Shown one piece after another: positions 56,272 to 64,000 of a stretch of 64,000 nucleotides of DNA. Below the pieces are notes generated by a model, which saw only the letters and a program-made list of their open reading frames with translations, had not been told where the DNA came from and did not search any database. This DNA comes from an uncultured Gammaproteobacteria bacterium. Lineage in GTDB: Bacteria; Patescibacteriota; Microgenomatia; Levybacterales; GWA1-39-11. Where the stretch lies: contig CAZYWG010000006.1 of the NCBI GenBank assembly GCA_964651815.1, forward strand, positions 23,259 through 87,258. Direction: 5' to 3'. Within the stretch, counting starts at the first letter, position 1. Each line of letters begins with the position of its first letter. A program made the position numbers and the translations under genes.

Positions 56272-57141
56272 TCAGTTATTGGTTGAAGGTTTAGGACTGG
56301 ATATGGCTCGGCTTATACTTTCAAAGAAGCTTACTAATTCGGGGGAAGTATCCGGTTTGTCCGCATATCCAAGCGTTGGATTGATTAGAATATACAACTG
56401 GTCAAGTCTAGTGGAAATCTCAAAAATTCTCATAAAATTTTCTTTGGGAGTAGTGTGTAAGCGTTGGGAGTAAAGCTGCATAATTTTATAGAGTTTTCCA
56501 AATTTTGTAGCCTTTGGGAGTTCATTTAGGTCAAGATAATCTTTCCACTGGGAGACGGTGCCGTCCATATCTTCCGCGGCCGGCCTTTTAATGATGGCAT
56601 CTAAAACCGGTTTTATAATGTGCTCCGGGGCCGGACAAGCCTCCGGTCCTTCTTCTGCCAGGAAATAGTTTTTCCTTGATGGGTTGGCGCCATTGGCAAA
56701 TCTATAAATCTGGTAGCTTGAAATTCTCTCATCCATTGGTACTCCACTATCGCGAATGCCTTGAAGCGGTAAAATAATTCCTTCAGAAGTTCTGGCAAGG
56801 TCTATTGTTGCAGGTGGTAAGGAATGCTCTTCAATAGGATTATTTTTGCGAAGTGCCATATAAATGGGTAAAACAGACATTAAGCTTGTAATATCTATTA
56901 ATTGTTGAAGATTTAGTTTGTCCTCCGGGAATCCTGAACGCAAATAGCGAATAAGTCCATACATATCGCCCGCGCCTTCCCTGATCTCTTTCATGGAAGC
57001 GGTATTTGCCGTATGTCCTTCGCGACCCTTAAGCATATTGGGCGCGAGGTCTGAAGGGATTGCTTCAGTAATTATGTGCCTGCCGTGGGTATCGGCAACT
57101 CTGTCATAAGAACCAACCAATCTTCCCATTTCTACTGCCAT
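56272..57141 (-). CDS. Hypothetical protein
   Basis: ORF only. Confidence 0.35.
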   Translation of the reverse strand: MAVEMGRLVGSYDRVADTHGRHIITEAIPSDLAPNMLKGREGHTANTASMKEIREGAGDMYGLIRYLRSGFPEDKLNLQQLIDITSLMSVLPIYMALRKNNPIEEHSLPPATIDLARTSEGIILPLQGIRDSGVPMDERISSYQIYRFANGANPSRKNYFLAEEGPEACPAPEHIIKPVLDAIIKRPAAEDMDGTVSQWKDYLDLNELPKATKFGKLYKIMQLYSQRLHTTPKENFMRIFEISTRLDQLYILINPTLGYADKPDTSPELVSFFESISRAISSPKPSTNN

Positions 57142-57246
57142 GCGGGCATATTACACCACCCTTACTTTACTGTCAATTCGCTAAGTCTGCGGGGCGAGTG
57201 AGCTAATTATTTATAAGAATTGCTTGCGTGTGATGCGATGATGCGG

Positions 57247-57900
57247 CTATGTCTTTGTCTGTCCGCTTCTTATTAAAAAAACATCTTCTTGATTTCTATC
57301 TTTTGCCCGCTCTGTAACAACCCTAAAGTCCGGAGCAACATCGCGGCATATATCTAAAACTTTCTGAGGATCATAATAAAAAAGAAAATCATCTTTTTCT
57401 ACATGCTCCTTAACCAGAAAATTAAATGCAACAGCAGAGTTTACCATTGGTGTTAAGCGTTGCAACATCCTTCTTAAAAATAAATAGTTATCTTGAGAAT
57501 TTTGTATTACGGATAAAGCTCCGGACAAAAATGCAAAATCATATTTTTCCTGGGTGACATCTCCTCCCAGAATGTCTCTTTTTTCAAAGCGCTCATTAGG
57601 GCGTTTGGCCCTGGCAGTAACTAGAGAAGGTTCGTAAACATCAATGCCATAATATTTTCCTCCACCCACTCTTTTCCAAAAATCTGCAAATTCTCCGGTT
57701 CCGCACCCTATATCAATACAGGTTGCGTCTTTAACAGGTCTTCCTGACATAGAAACAACTCGGAAAAGACTTTGGAAATTTTCTTGTTGATGATTTCCTT
57801 CCCACCCGTCAGGATTACCGACAGCCGTGAGAAGATGATAGACAGAATTGTTTGCAAACAAATCTGCCCGGCCCAATCCTACCTGAGATTCACAAGCCAT
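57247..57900 (-). CDS. Class I SAM-dependent methyltransferase (small-molecule type)
   Basis: IDIGCGTGEFADFW. No DNA-MTase motifs (DPPY/PCQ). Confidence 0.6.
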   Translation of the reverse strand: MACESQVGLGRADLFANNSVYHLLTAVGNPDGWEGNHQQENFQSLFRVVSMSGRPVKDATCIDIGCGTGEFADFWKRVGGGKYYGIDVYEPSLVTARAKRPNERFEKRDILGGDVTQEKYDFAFLSGALSVIQNSQDNYLFLRRMLQRLTPMVNSAVAFNFLVKEHVEKDDFLFYYDPQKVLDICRDVAPDFRVVTERAKDRNQEDVFLIRSGQTKT

Positions 57901-58032
57901 AGTTTGGGAGCATAATACACCACTTCGTTTTAGAACTCAAGCGCAATTCAAAAACTCAGCGCGGGGTACAATCGGAATTTCTCGGGCCGTGGTTATTTAT
58001 TTACAAGAAGTTTGGTTGATTTTAAGAGTAAT

Positions 58033-58302
58033 TTAGAGTTCGTAGCCTCCGGAGGGTGCTTCATGCAATTCCACCGCAGCGTAGTAGATCTTATTAATGT
58101 CTACTGAGGGGTCGTCATCCATCTGGTATTCTTTGTGGTCTTCTTCATACTCTATAAGGTGTGCTTTGATGCCATAATAAAGAACGCTTGCAGCCCCCTC
58201 TTTACTCTCGTGATATGTATAAAATATCTTTGTGCAATAGGTGCAAGGGTGAGAATAGTACATAATTTGAGGATAGTATAGCTCTTTTAATAAAATTTGC
58301 AA
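58033..58302 (-). CDS. Hypothetical protein
   Basis: ORF only. Confidence 0.3.
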   Translation of the reverse strand: MQILLKELYYPQIMYYSHPCTYCTKIFYTYHESKEGAASVLYYGIKAHLIEYEEDHKEYQMDDDPSVDINKIYYAAVELHEAPSGGYEL

Positions 58303-58322
58303 TAAGTGTTAACGGGAACTTT

Positions 58323-58661
58323 TTAATGGGGGAGTTCGAGCCAAACGGCGGCTTCATTTCCTACTGTCCAACCGTCGTGGTCCGGAGGAATATTTACAAC
58401 GTCTCCTGCAGTTAATTCTTCTACTTCTCCACCTGTGAGTTGAGAAGCAAGCGTTCCCGAAATCATGTAAAGAAGATGATCTTTTTGGCAGGTTTCAGTT
58501 TTTAAAACCGGTTTCAAACTTTCAGACCATTTCCATCCGGGTCCGGCTGTGATTTTTTGAATTTTTATGTTGCCAAAAGAAACTGTTTCAACTTTTACCT
58601 TGTCTCCAGGATTTGCAGTTTCATCCGGGGAATTAAAATTTTTCTTATTAATATTTGCCAT
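58323..58661 (-). CDS. Cupin domain protein
   Basis: Beta-barrel motif pattern ...HLLYMISGTL...GDVVNIPPDHDGW. Confidence 0.5.
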   Translation of the reverse strand: MANINKKNFNSPDETANPGDKVKVETVSFGNIKIQKITAGPGWKWSESLKPVLKTETCQKDHLLYMISGTLASQLTGGEVEELTAGDVVNIPPDHDGWTVGNEAAVWLELPH

Positions 58662-58664
58662 ATT

Positions 58665-59198
58665 TTATTTGGATTTCTTATCTACTAATTTTATAATTTC
58701 TCTCATAAATGCGGGTAAATCGGCGGGCCATCTTGAGGTAACCAGATTTCCGTCAACCACAACCTCACGGTCCTCCCATTTTCCTCCAGCCTCTTTTACA
58801 CTTTCAGGAACTCCGTCATGCCAGTATGAAGTGAGATGGCGTCCTTTAAGAACTCCTGAATCAGCAAGAGTCCAAGGACCGTGACAAATAGAAGCAACGG
58901 GTTTATTTTTAGCAAAAAAGTCTTGAGTTATCTCCTGCGCTTTTTTTATTTTTCTGACTACAGAAGGAGCTCCATCCGGCGAGCCGCCGGGGATTACAAG
59001 TAGGTCATATTTGCCAGGGTCAACTTTGCTGATTAGAATATCCGGCATAAGCTCTGCATACCCAAATTCGCCATGTATTGCCTCAATTTTTGGTGCTGCA
59101 ACGTCCACTTGCCATCCGGCTTCTTGCAAACGCATTAAAGGATACATCACTTCCATATCCTCAAATAAATTTGCCGTAAGGATTACCGCTTTTTTCAT
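58665..59198 (-). CDS. DJ-1/PfpI family protein
   Basis: Nucleophile elbow ASICHGPWTL. Confidence 0.75.
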   Translation of the reverse strand: MKKAVILTANLFEDMEVMYPLMRLQEAGWQVDVAAPKIEAIHGEFGYAELMPDILISKVDPGKYDLLVIPGGSPDGAPSVVRKIKKAQEITQDFFAKNKPVASICHGPWTLADSGVLKGRHLTSYWHDGVPESVKEAGGKWEDREVVVDGNLVTSRWPADLPAFMREIIKLVDKKSK

Positions 59199-59221
59199 TA
59201 ACAGTAGTATATCACTAAAAT

Positions 59222-59431
59222 TTATTTCTTTTTACCCAGGAGTTTGTAGCCACTGTATGCTAAGAACCAGGCAGCAACTACTCCAATAATGCTAACCCAC
59301 ATGGGTGCTTCCCATCCACCGATAATAATGGGCCATCCCATCAATAGTCTAATAACGTGAGCTGTTCCTACACCGAAGAAAATAATTTTTGTGAGTTTGA
59401 TATAAGTTTTTGTATCTAACAAAAGAATCAC
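59222..59431 (-). CDS. Small two-TM membrane protein
   Basis: 69 aa with two hydrophobic helices. Confidence 0.3.
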   Translation of the reverse strand: MILLLDTKTYIKLTKIIFFGVGTAHVIRLLMGWPIIIGGWEAPMWVSIIGVVAAWFLAYSGYKLLGKKK

Positions 59432-59534
59432 CTCCCCCTTTTAATTTTGCTCTCCGTGATTTGCTGTGTCAAGAAATAAGTGTTCTAGATTTATTTACTT
59501 ATCTTTTTTGATTTGAGGGAGCCCGTTATTCATA

Positions 59535-60011
59535 TTATTTTATCAACTCCATTTTTTTTATTATTCTTCCAACTGTTTTCCAGGTTCGGGTTGTAATTTC
59601 TTTTCCATGTTGTTTTTCAAGCTTTCCCATGAAATCTGGAGTTCTGCCCTCATCAGTATTAATAACTGTGCATAGTTCCGGCTTGCGATCTTTAAAAAAC
59701 GTAATAATTAAGTAATTTGGTGTTTCATCAGGAATACCCTTAAATGGGTCTTTTGCCACAAGCTTTTTTAATTCATTTTGCGCGCGGATAATTACTATTC
59801 TTGAAAATCCCAGATATTTTGGTAGTTCTTTTTCAATCCTACTCTCAAGAGCTTTTGTATCTTTTAAATCACTTTCAAAAACAACATTTCCGCTGGCAAT
59901 AACAGTTGCAACGTTTTTAAAACCCAGATATTCAAAAAATTCGCTTAATTTTTCACCTTTCATGTTTGGATTACCGGGTCCAATTCCGCGAAGAAGCGCT
60001 ACGTATTTCAT
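59535..60011 (-). CDS. DUF1697 family protein
   Basis: MKYVALLRGIGPGNPNMKGEKL. Confidence 0.5.
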   Translation of the reverse strand: MKYVALLRGIGPGNPNMKGEKLSEFFEYLGFKNVATVIASGNVVFESDLKDTKALESRIEKELPKYLGFSRIVIIRAQNELKKLVAKDPFKGIPDETPNYLIITFFKDRKPELCTVINTDEGRTPDFMGKLEKQHGKEITTRTWKTVGRIIKKMELIK

Positions 60012-60018
60012 GAGGCGA

Positions 60019-61080
60019 TTATAACAAAGTAACAGGTAAACCCAAAAACTTTTCGTAATCTTTTACAGCTTCATTAACTTGAGACTTCTCCGATAAATTA
60101 AGATTCCGAAACGTATTTAATTTGATTTCAATTTTATCTTTCTTCAACTTTCTTTTCCAACTTCCTTCAATTTTACCGTTAATTACAATAAGCGAGGTAA
60201 GGAGTGCATTTCCTACAGCAGCCATTTTTTTCTTATTTTCTTCGTCCATTATCAGGCTTCTGTCGGTATACCCAATAAAATATTCATCATAAACTGAGAA
60301 AACGAAAGCACTTTTGTCGGAATTGATATTTTCAGAACCGATAAAATAATAATCCTTCCCTTCTTTAGTCATTTTTTCCACTCGTGATTTGATAGAAGCC
60401 AAACCTTCAGAGGATTCTTTCATTGTGAGGCCGGACCACCAGGCAAAATCCTTTATCTGTGCTGGTCCATGGCTTTGAAAATACCTTAGTGCAATAGTTG
60501 CAAGCGCAGCATCTCGGTCCAAATGTTTTGCTTGTGGAGCACGGTCAGTGATTAGTGCATAAGTGTGTTGTTTGTCTCTGAGTGGACCGCTTGCAATAAG
60601 TCCGTCAAGCTCGGCTGTGGATACAATATGCCCGAGTCTTTGAGTATCTGCTTTTATTTTAGAATCGCTTAAAATGGTTTTAAGTTCAAGTCTGGTCAAG
60701 AAATTCTTATTAGAAAGTGCCTGCGTGATTATTTTGTTTGTTTTCTCAAGTAAATCTTCCGTGATTTCGAGCCTTTTTTCGTAATACGTCATGAGTTTTT
60801 TTACTCGCTGAGATGTAAGATCTTGCATCCACAAAATATCTTCCGCTGGGACAAAGTGCCAGGTAGGACGCATAACATGCGTCCTTAATATGCGTCCTTC
60901 GTTAAATGCTTTTGTAATCTCTTCGTCTGAGGGATTTTTCATGCGGAGACCCAAGCACCATTTAGCAGGTTGAAAATCCTGTGATTGTACTGCTCCAAGC
61001 CATCCAACAACTTCTTCAGGAGTTTTAAATTTATCGCCCAAGAGATGGTGATTTGAGAGTCTTGTTGAAAGAATATCCAT
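60019..61080 (-). CDS. AlkZ/YcaQ-like winged-helix DNA glycosylase family protein
   Basis: ...ILRTHVMRPTWHFVPAEDILWM... Confidence 0.5.
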   Translation of the reverse strand: MDILSTRLSNHHLLGDKFKTPEEVVGWLGAVQSQDFQPAKWCLGLRMKNPSDEEITKAFNEGRILRTHVMRPTWHFVPAEDILWMQDLTSQRVKKLMTYYEKRLEITEDLLEKTNKIITQALSNKNFLTRLELKTILSDSKIKADTQRLGHIVSTAELDGLIASGPLRDKQHTYALITDRAPQAKHLDRDAALATIALRYFQSHGPAQIKDFAWWSGLTMKESSEGLASIKSRVEKMTKEGKDYYFIGSENINSDKSAFVFSVYDEYFIGYTDRSLIMDEENKKKMAAVGNALLTSLIVINGKIEGSWKRKLKKDKIEIKLNTFRNLNLSEKSQVNEAVKDYEKFLGLPVTLL

Positions 61081-61097
61081 TCGCTCGTGCGCGGGAC

Positions 61098-61508
61098 TTA
61101 TTTTGGCATATCCATCATAGGGAGAGGCTGGAGAATGCTTACGCGGTTGCCCTCAGTGTCTTCAAAAACTGCCCAATTTCCAATGCCCGGGATCATTTCA
61201 GGCTGCTTCAAAAATTTTCCGCCTGCTGCTTCAACATTTTTCATTGCAGCCTCGATATTTTCAACCGAGATAACAACTGAAGTAAGGTTATTTTCCTCAG
61301 AGTTTGGAAAAAATCCTCCGTTGATTTCCCCGGGATTTTTGGGACGCCTTGTTTTTTCATCCTGATCGCCTGTTACGGCTACAACATAACTCCCCATTTC
61401 TTGTCCCATTTGTTGCATTTTCCAATCAAATGCTTTTTCATAGAACTCGGAAACGCGTTTTGCATCTTTGTAAGGCATTTCAAAGTGAACTACGGGATTT
61501 TTCTTCAT
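61098..61508 (-). CDS. VOC/glyoxalase family protein
   Basis: Glyoxalase fold repeats with start VVHFEMPYKDAKRVSEFYEKAFDW. Confidence 0.55.
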   Translation of the reverse strand: MKKNPVVHFEMPYKDAKRVSEFYEKAFDWKMQQMGQEMGSYVVAVTGDQDEKTRRPKNPGEINGGFFPNSEENNLTSVVISVENIEAAMKNVEAAGGKFLKQPEMIPGIGNWAVFEDTEGNRVSILQPLPMMDMPK

Positions 61509-61921
61509 TATTTCTGTTCTCCTTGCGAGATATTAACCATCCAGTGAACCCCATATTTATCGGTTAACATTCCAAAAATATCTCCCCACATTTGTTTTTC
61601 AAGCGGCATATCAACTTTCCCGCCTTCTGCGAGTTTGTTAAAATATTCTGTAAGTTTCTCAACATCCGACCCGACAATGCTTAGATGTACGTTATCACCG
61701 AATTTTACCTCTCCCATATGTCCCGTGTCGCTGGCCATGATTTCCATCTCATCTGTATGAAGATGTGCATGCATAGTTTGATCTTTATATTTCTCGTCAT
61801 TCATCCCGGACTCGCCGAATGTTGAAATTGTCAGTTCACCCCCGAAGATAGCCTTATAAAACTCCATTGCTTCCCGGGAATTTCCGTTGAAATTTAGATA
61901 AGGATTAAGTGCTGTTTTCAT
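61508..61921 (-). CDS. VOC family protein (PhnB/YjdN-like)
   Basis: MKTALNPYLNFNGNSREAMEFYKAIFGGEL. Confidence 0.55.
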   Translation of the reverse strand: MKTALNPYLNFNGNSREAMEFYKAIFGGELTISTFGESGMNDEKYKDQTMHAHLHTDEMEIMASDTGHMGEVKFGDNVHLSIVGSDVEKLTEYFNKLAEGGKVDMPLEKQMWGDIFGMLTDKYGVHWMVNISQGEQK

Positions 61922-61977
61922 TTCTTAGGTATTATAGCAAAATAGAAATTAAAAAAAACAAAGAAAATTGTAAGAAT

Positions 61978-62112
61978 TTATCGGCGGGATTTTTTCTTTT
62001 GCTTCTTGGGTTTTCTTGCGGCAAGCATTGCATGTTTTATTGCAAGCCTTTTTTTGGTCTTTGGTGAATGGGTTCTGCTTCTTTTTCCAACTCCTGTTGC
62101 TCTTTTTGCCAT
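61978..62112 (-). CDS. Unannotated 45-aa very basic protein, weakly L34 (rpmH)-like
   Basis: Hand translation: MAKRATGVGKRSRTHSPKTKKRLAIKHAMLAARKPKKQKKKSRR. The KR.RTH...LAARR.K.K core resembles bL34, but genomic context does not support that (no rnpA downstream). Confidence 0.3.
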   Translation of the reverse strand: MAKRATGVGKRSRTHSPKTKKRLAIKHAMLAARKPKKQKKKSRR

Positions 62113-62129
62113 AAGTCTATTATACACTA

Positions 62130-62480
62130 TTATGCTTCATCGTTCCTTTTCATTTGTGCTTTAACTAGCTTTTTGATTAAAGAAATTGGAAGGGGTTTGT
62201 CAAATGGAAAACGAAGAGTCGCTTTGCCTGTTCTATACTTTTTAACTTCCTCTTTATACTTTTCTATGCTCATAGGCATAGCGTAAAGCCCTATGTGGTC
62301 TTTAGTATAGGAAAAATATGCAACACGTCCTTTGTGATAATAAAAAGGCATTGCGTAACTTATTCTCTCTTCTGCATTTGGTGCAACTGATTTAATAGTT
62401 TTTCTGAGTTTCTGAAGTTTTGCCTGCACTTCGGCTGGTGCATTTGCAATATATTCATCAACACTTTTAGCCTTTTGCAT
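62130..62480 (-). CDS. DUF1801 (YdhG-like) protein
   Basis: AEVQAKLQKLRKTIKSVAPNAEERISYAMPFYYHKGRVAYFS. Confidence 0.5.
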   Translation of the reverse strand: MQKAKSVDEYIANAPAEVQAKLQKLRKTIKSVAPNAEERISYAMPFYYHKGRVAYFSYTKDHIGLYAMPMSIEKYKEEVKKYRTGKATLRFPFDKPLPISLIKKLVKAQMKRNDEA

Positions 62481-62501
62481 GCTCTTATTATACCCAAAGT
62501 A

Positions 62502-63623
62502 TCAATAATTTTGTCGACCGTCGTACGCCATTGCCACTACTCGTTCACCCTTTTGTGTATAGCGGGAGGCAATGAGAATATTCCCAAGCGTTGAATTGCC
62601 ATAAGTATCAATAAGAACTTTTGGTAGCAAAACGCCATAATTAAGGGGAAGCAGACCCGCCGGAGAATTAGGCTGCAACTTCTTATACGCTTCCTGCACT
62701 TTGTTGTCAGTAAAAAGCGCGTAATTATCGATAAGATTACTGTTGAAAGCGCGTTCATGTAAGGGCATTTCTATTCCGATAGGAGCATTAGTTCCGAATG
62801 CTGAGAAATGAGACATTAATTCCGGATGCCCGGGGTCAATACCGAACAAATCTCCGTAGGAAGATGCTCCATGGGATTTTGCATAACGATCAAATCCGCC
62901 TCCGTATGCAAAAGATTCGGTCGCAACTACTTTTGCATTTTCCGTGTGAGATTTAACATATTCGCCAAGCGCACATAGACTTGCTCCATTTCCCATAGAA
63001 ACAACAACCCTTATTGGTTTGTCCTGTTCGCTAAAATTTGCAAGAAGTTGTCGTCCGAGTTCGGACATTGTATTAACGGTAATATTGGTTTTAATTTCAT
63101 CGCCAGCCGCATGATTTGGTGAAACATATCTCTTTTTTCCTTCCTGTATTCTTTCTCTGTTAAAACTCAAACTTGTTAAGTGTTCAAGTTCTTCTGGCAT
63201 TCCCTCTGCGTATTTTTCTTTTGGAGTTTTAATTATTTCAACTTTTCGTCCCTTCGGATGTAGATACCTAGCTTCCGGTAATCCGTCCGGCATAATTACA
63301 GCATGTTCATATCCTAGCATTTGTGCTGCATCGCTAAACGCAACCCATCCGTTACCTGTACTTGCTTCAACCAATTTAGAATTTGCAGGAGTTACCCGTT
63401 TTTCTGTCTCCATGTATTTGATAAGTGGAACAAAAACGTTTTTCAAACCATAATGACAACCCGGAACCTGGGTTACGTCAAGCACAATTATTTCCGCGAG
63501 ATTTGGCGCAAGACCCTCAAATTTTTCTCCAAGCCTGTAAACTTGGGCTTGGTAATGAAGTTCGCTTTCGGCTTTGTGAAATAACTCGTCTCTGCCGGAT
63601 AAAAGAATAGGCACCTCAGTCAT
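62502..63623 (-). CDS. Divergent PLP-dependent fold-type II (tryptophan synthase beta / cysteine synthase superfamily) enzyme
   Basis: EASTGNGWVAFSDAAQMLGYEHAVIMPDG aligns to the E-x-TSGNTG...A..G.....MP core of PALP enzymes. The N-terminal PLP-lysine region is unclear. Confidence 0.45.
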   Translation of the reverse strand: MTEVPILLSGRDELFHKAESELHYQAQVYRLGEKFEGLAPNLAEIIVLDVTQVPGCHYGLKNVFVPLIKYMETEKRVTPANSKLVEASTGNGWVAFSDAAQMLGYEHAVIMPDGLPEARYLHPKGRKVEIIKTPKEKYAEGMPEELEHLTSLSFNRERIQEGKKRYVSPNHAAGDEIKTNITVNTMSELGRQLLANFSEQDKPIRVVVSMGNGASLCALGEYVKSHTENAKVVATESFAYGGGFDRYAKSHGASSYGDLFGIDPGHPELMSHFSAFGTNAPIGIEMPLHERAFNSNLIDNYALFTDNKVQEAYKKLQPNSPAGLLPLNYGVLLPKVLIDTYGNSTLGNILIASRYTQKGERVVAMAYDGRQNY

Positions 63624-63651
63624 AACGGCAATTATCCTATAATTTGAGCTT

Positions 63652-63669
63652 TTAGCAAAAAAGTGCTAA
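63652..63669. promoter_or_regulatory. Palindromic candidate operator TTAGCA-N6-TGCTAA overlapping a -10 (TAAAAT), upstream of the wHTH regulator gene
   Basis: Perfect 6-bp inverted half-sites at 63652-63657 and 63664-63669. ATG at 63682. Confidence 0.35.
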
Positions 63670-63681
63670 AATAGATTAATT

Positions 63682-64000
63682 ATGACAATAAGTCCTCAGG
63701 CGCAGTCCATTTATAAAATATTACAGGATTCTAATAAGCCGCTTTCTGCAAAAATTATTGCGGAAGAACTTAACATATTCCCAAACTCCGTTTATCGCTT
63801 GACAGAAGAATTAATAAGCATGGGTTTAATTAAAAAGACTGGTAAGCGCCCATTTAGATTTGAAACCAAGGCTCAGGATGAGGGATTATCTTTGTTTTTG
63901 CTTTATCAAAACGAATGGTTTTCAAGACAGTTTCCCAAATCCGCTAAAAAAACCGAGAAGAAGGAAAATACCTACTCACCACAGATAAGTCTATCTTTTA
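63682..64000 (+). CDS. 3'-truncated winged-helix (TrmB/MarR-like) transcriptional regulator
   Basis: MTISPQAQSIYKILQDSNKPLSAKIIAEELNIFPNSVYRLTEELISMGLIKK is an HTH. The frame stays open to the window end. Confidence 0.5.
   Translation, partial: MTISPQAQSIYKILQDSNKPLSAKIIAEELNIFPNSVYRLTEELISMGLIKKTGKRPFRFETKAQDEGLSLFLLYQNEWFSRQFPKSAKKTEKKENTYSPQISLSF

Overview
AT-rich bacterial chromosomal window with densely packed genes, many lacking a Shine-Dalgarno spacer and starting directly after a -10 box. The gene content looks Patescibacteria/CPR-like: multiple TrbC/VirB2-like pilin paralogs, a T4SS-like VirB4 locus beside dnaA, and GT39-like glycosyltransferases. That lineage assignment is inference only. 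Landmarks: (i) 0.6-17.8 kb, a T4SS-like pilus/secretion locus. It contains four VirB2-like pilin genes (one fused to a large Cys-rich extracellular domain), a polytopic membrane protein, and a membrane HExxH protease. It also holds a 1033-aa coiled-coil protein with an internal Gly/Ala-rich hydrophobic hairpin, a 448-aa tail-anchored acidic protein, and a PrgI/VirB3-like membrane protein. It ends with a VirB4 ATPase whose N-terminal module sits in a separate in-frame ORF behind a palindromic tcgaa-repeat spacer, and an SLT-like plus M23 peptidoglycan hydrolase. This is the most likely candidate for the undescribed system. (ii) 17.8-20.6 kb, dnaN-dnaA with DnaA boxes (replication origin). (iii) A GT4-GT2 fusion glycosyltransferase, AI-2E transporter, HAD hydrolase and methyltransferase. 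(iv) ruvC, then two more pilin-like genes on the opposite strand, then ruvA-ruvB and vapBC. (v) GT-C glycosyltransferase, EEP nuclease, msrA, and a MacAB-like ABC efflux module with HlyD-like adaptor plus a histidine kinase/OmpR two-component pair. (vi) 45-63.6 kb, a block of small stress/detox-family genes (VOC x5, SRPBCC x2, DHFR-family x2, cupin x2, DJ-1, ArsR, DUF1697, DUF1801, AlkZ-like, VIT1) interspersed with hypotheticals. No rRNA, tRNA or CRISPR arrays were seen.
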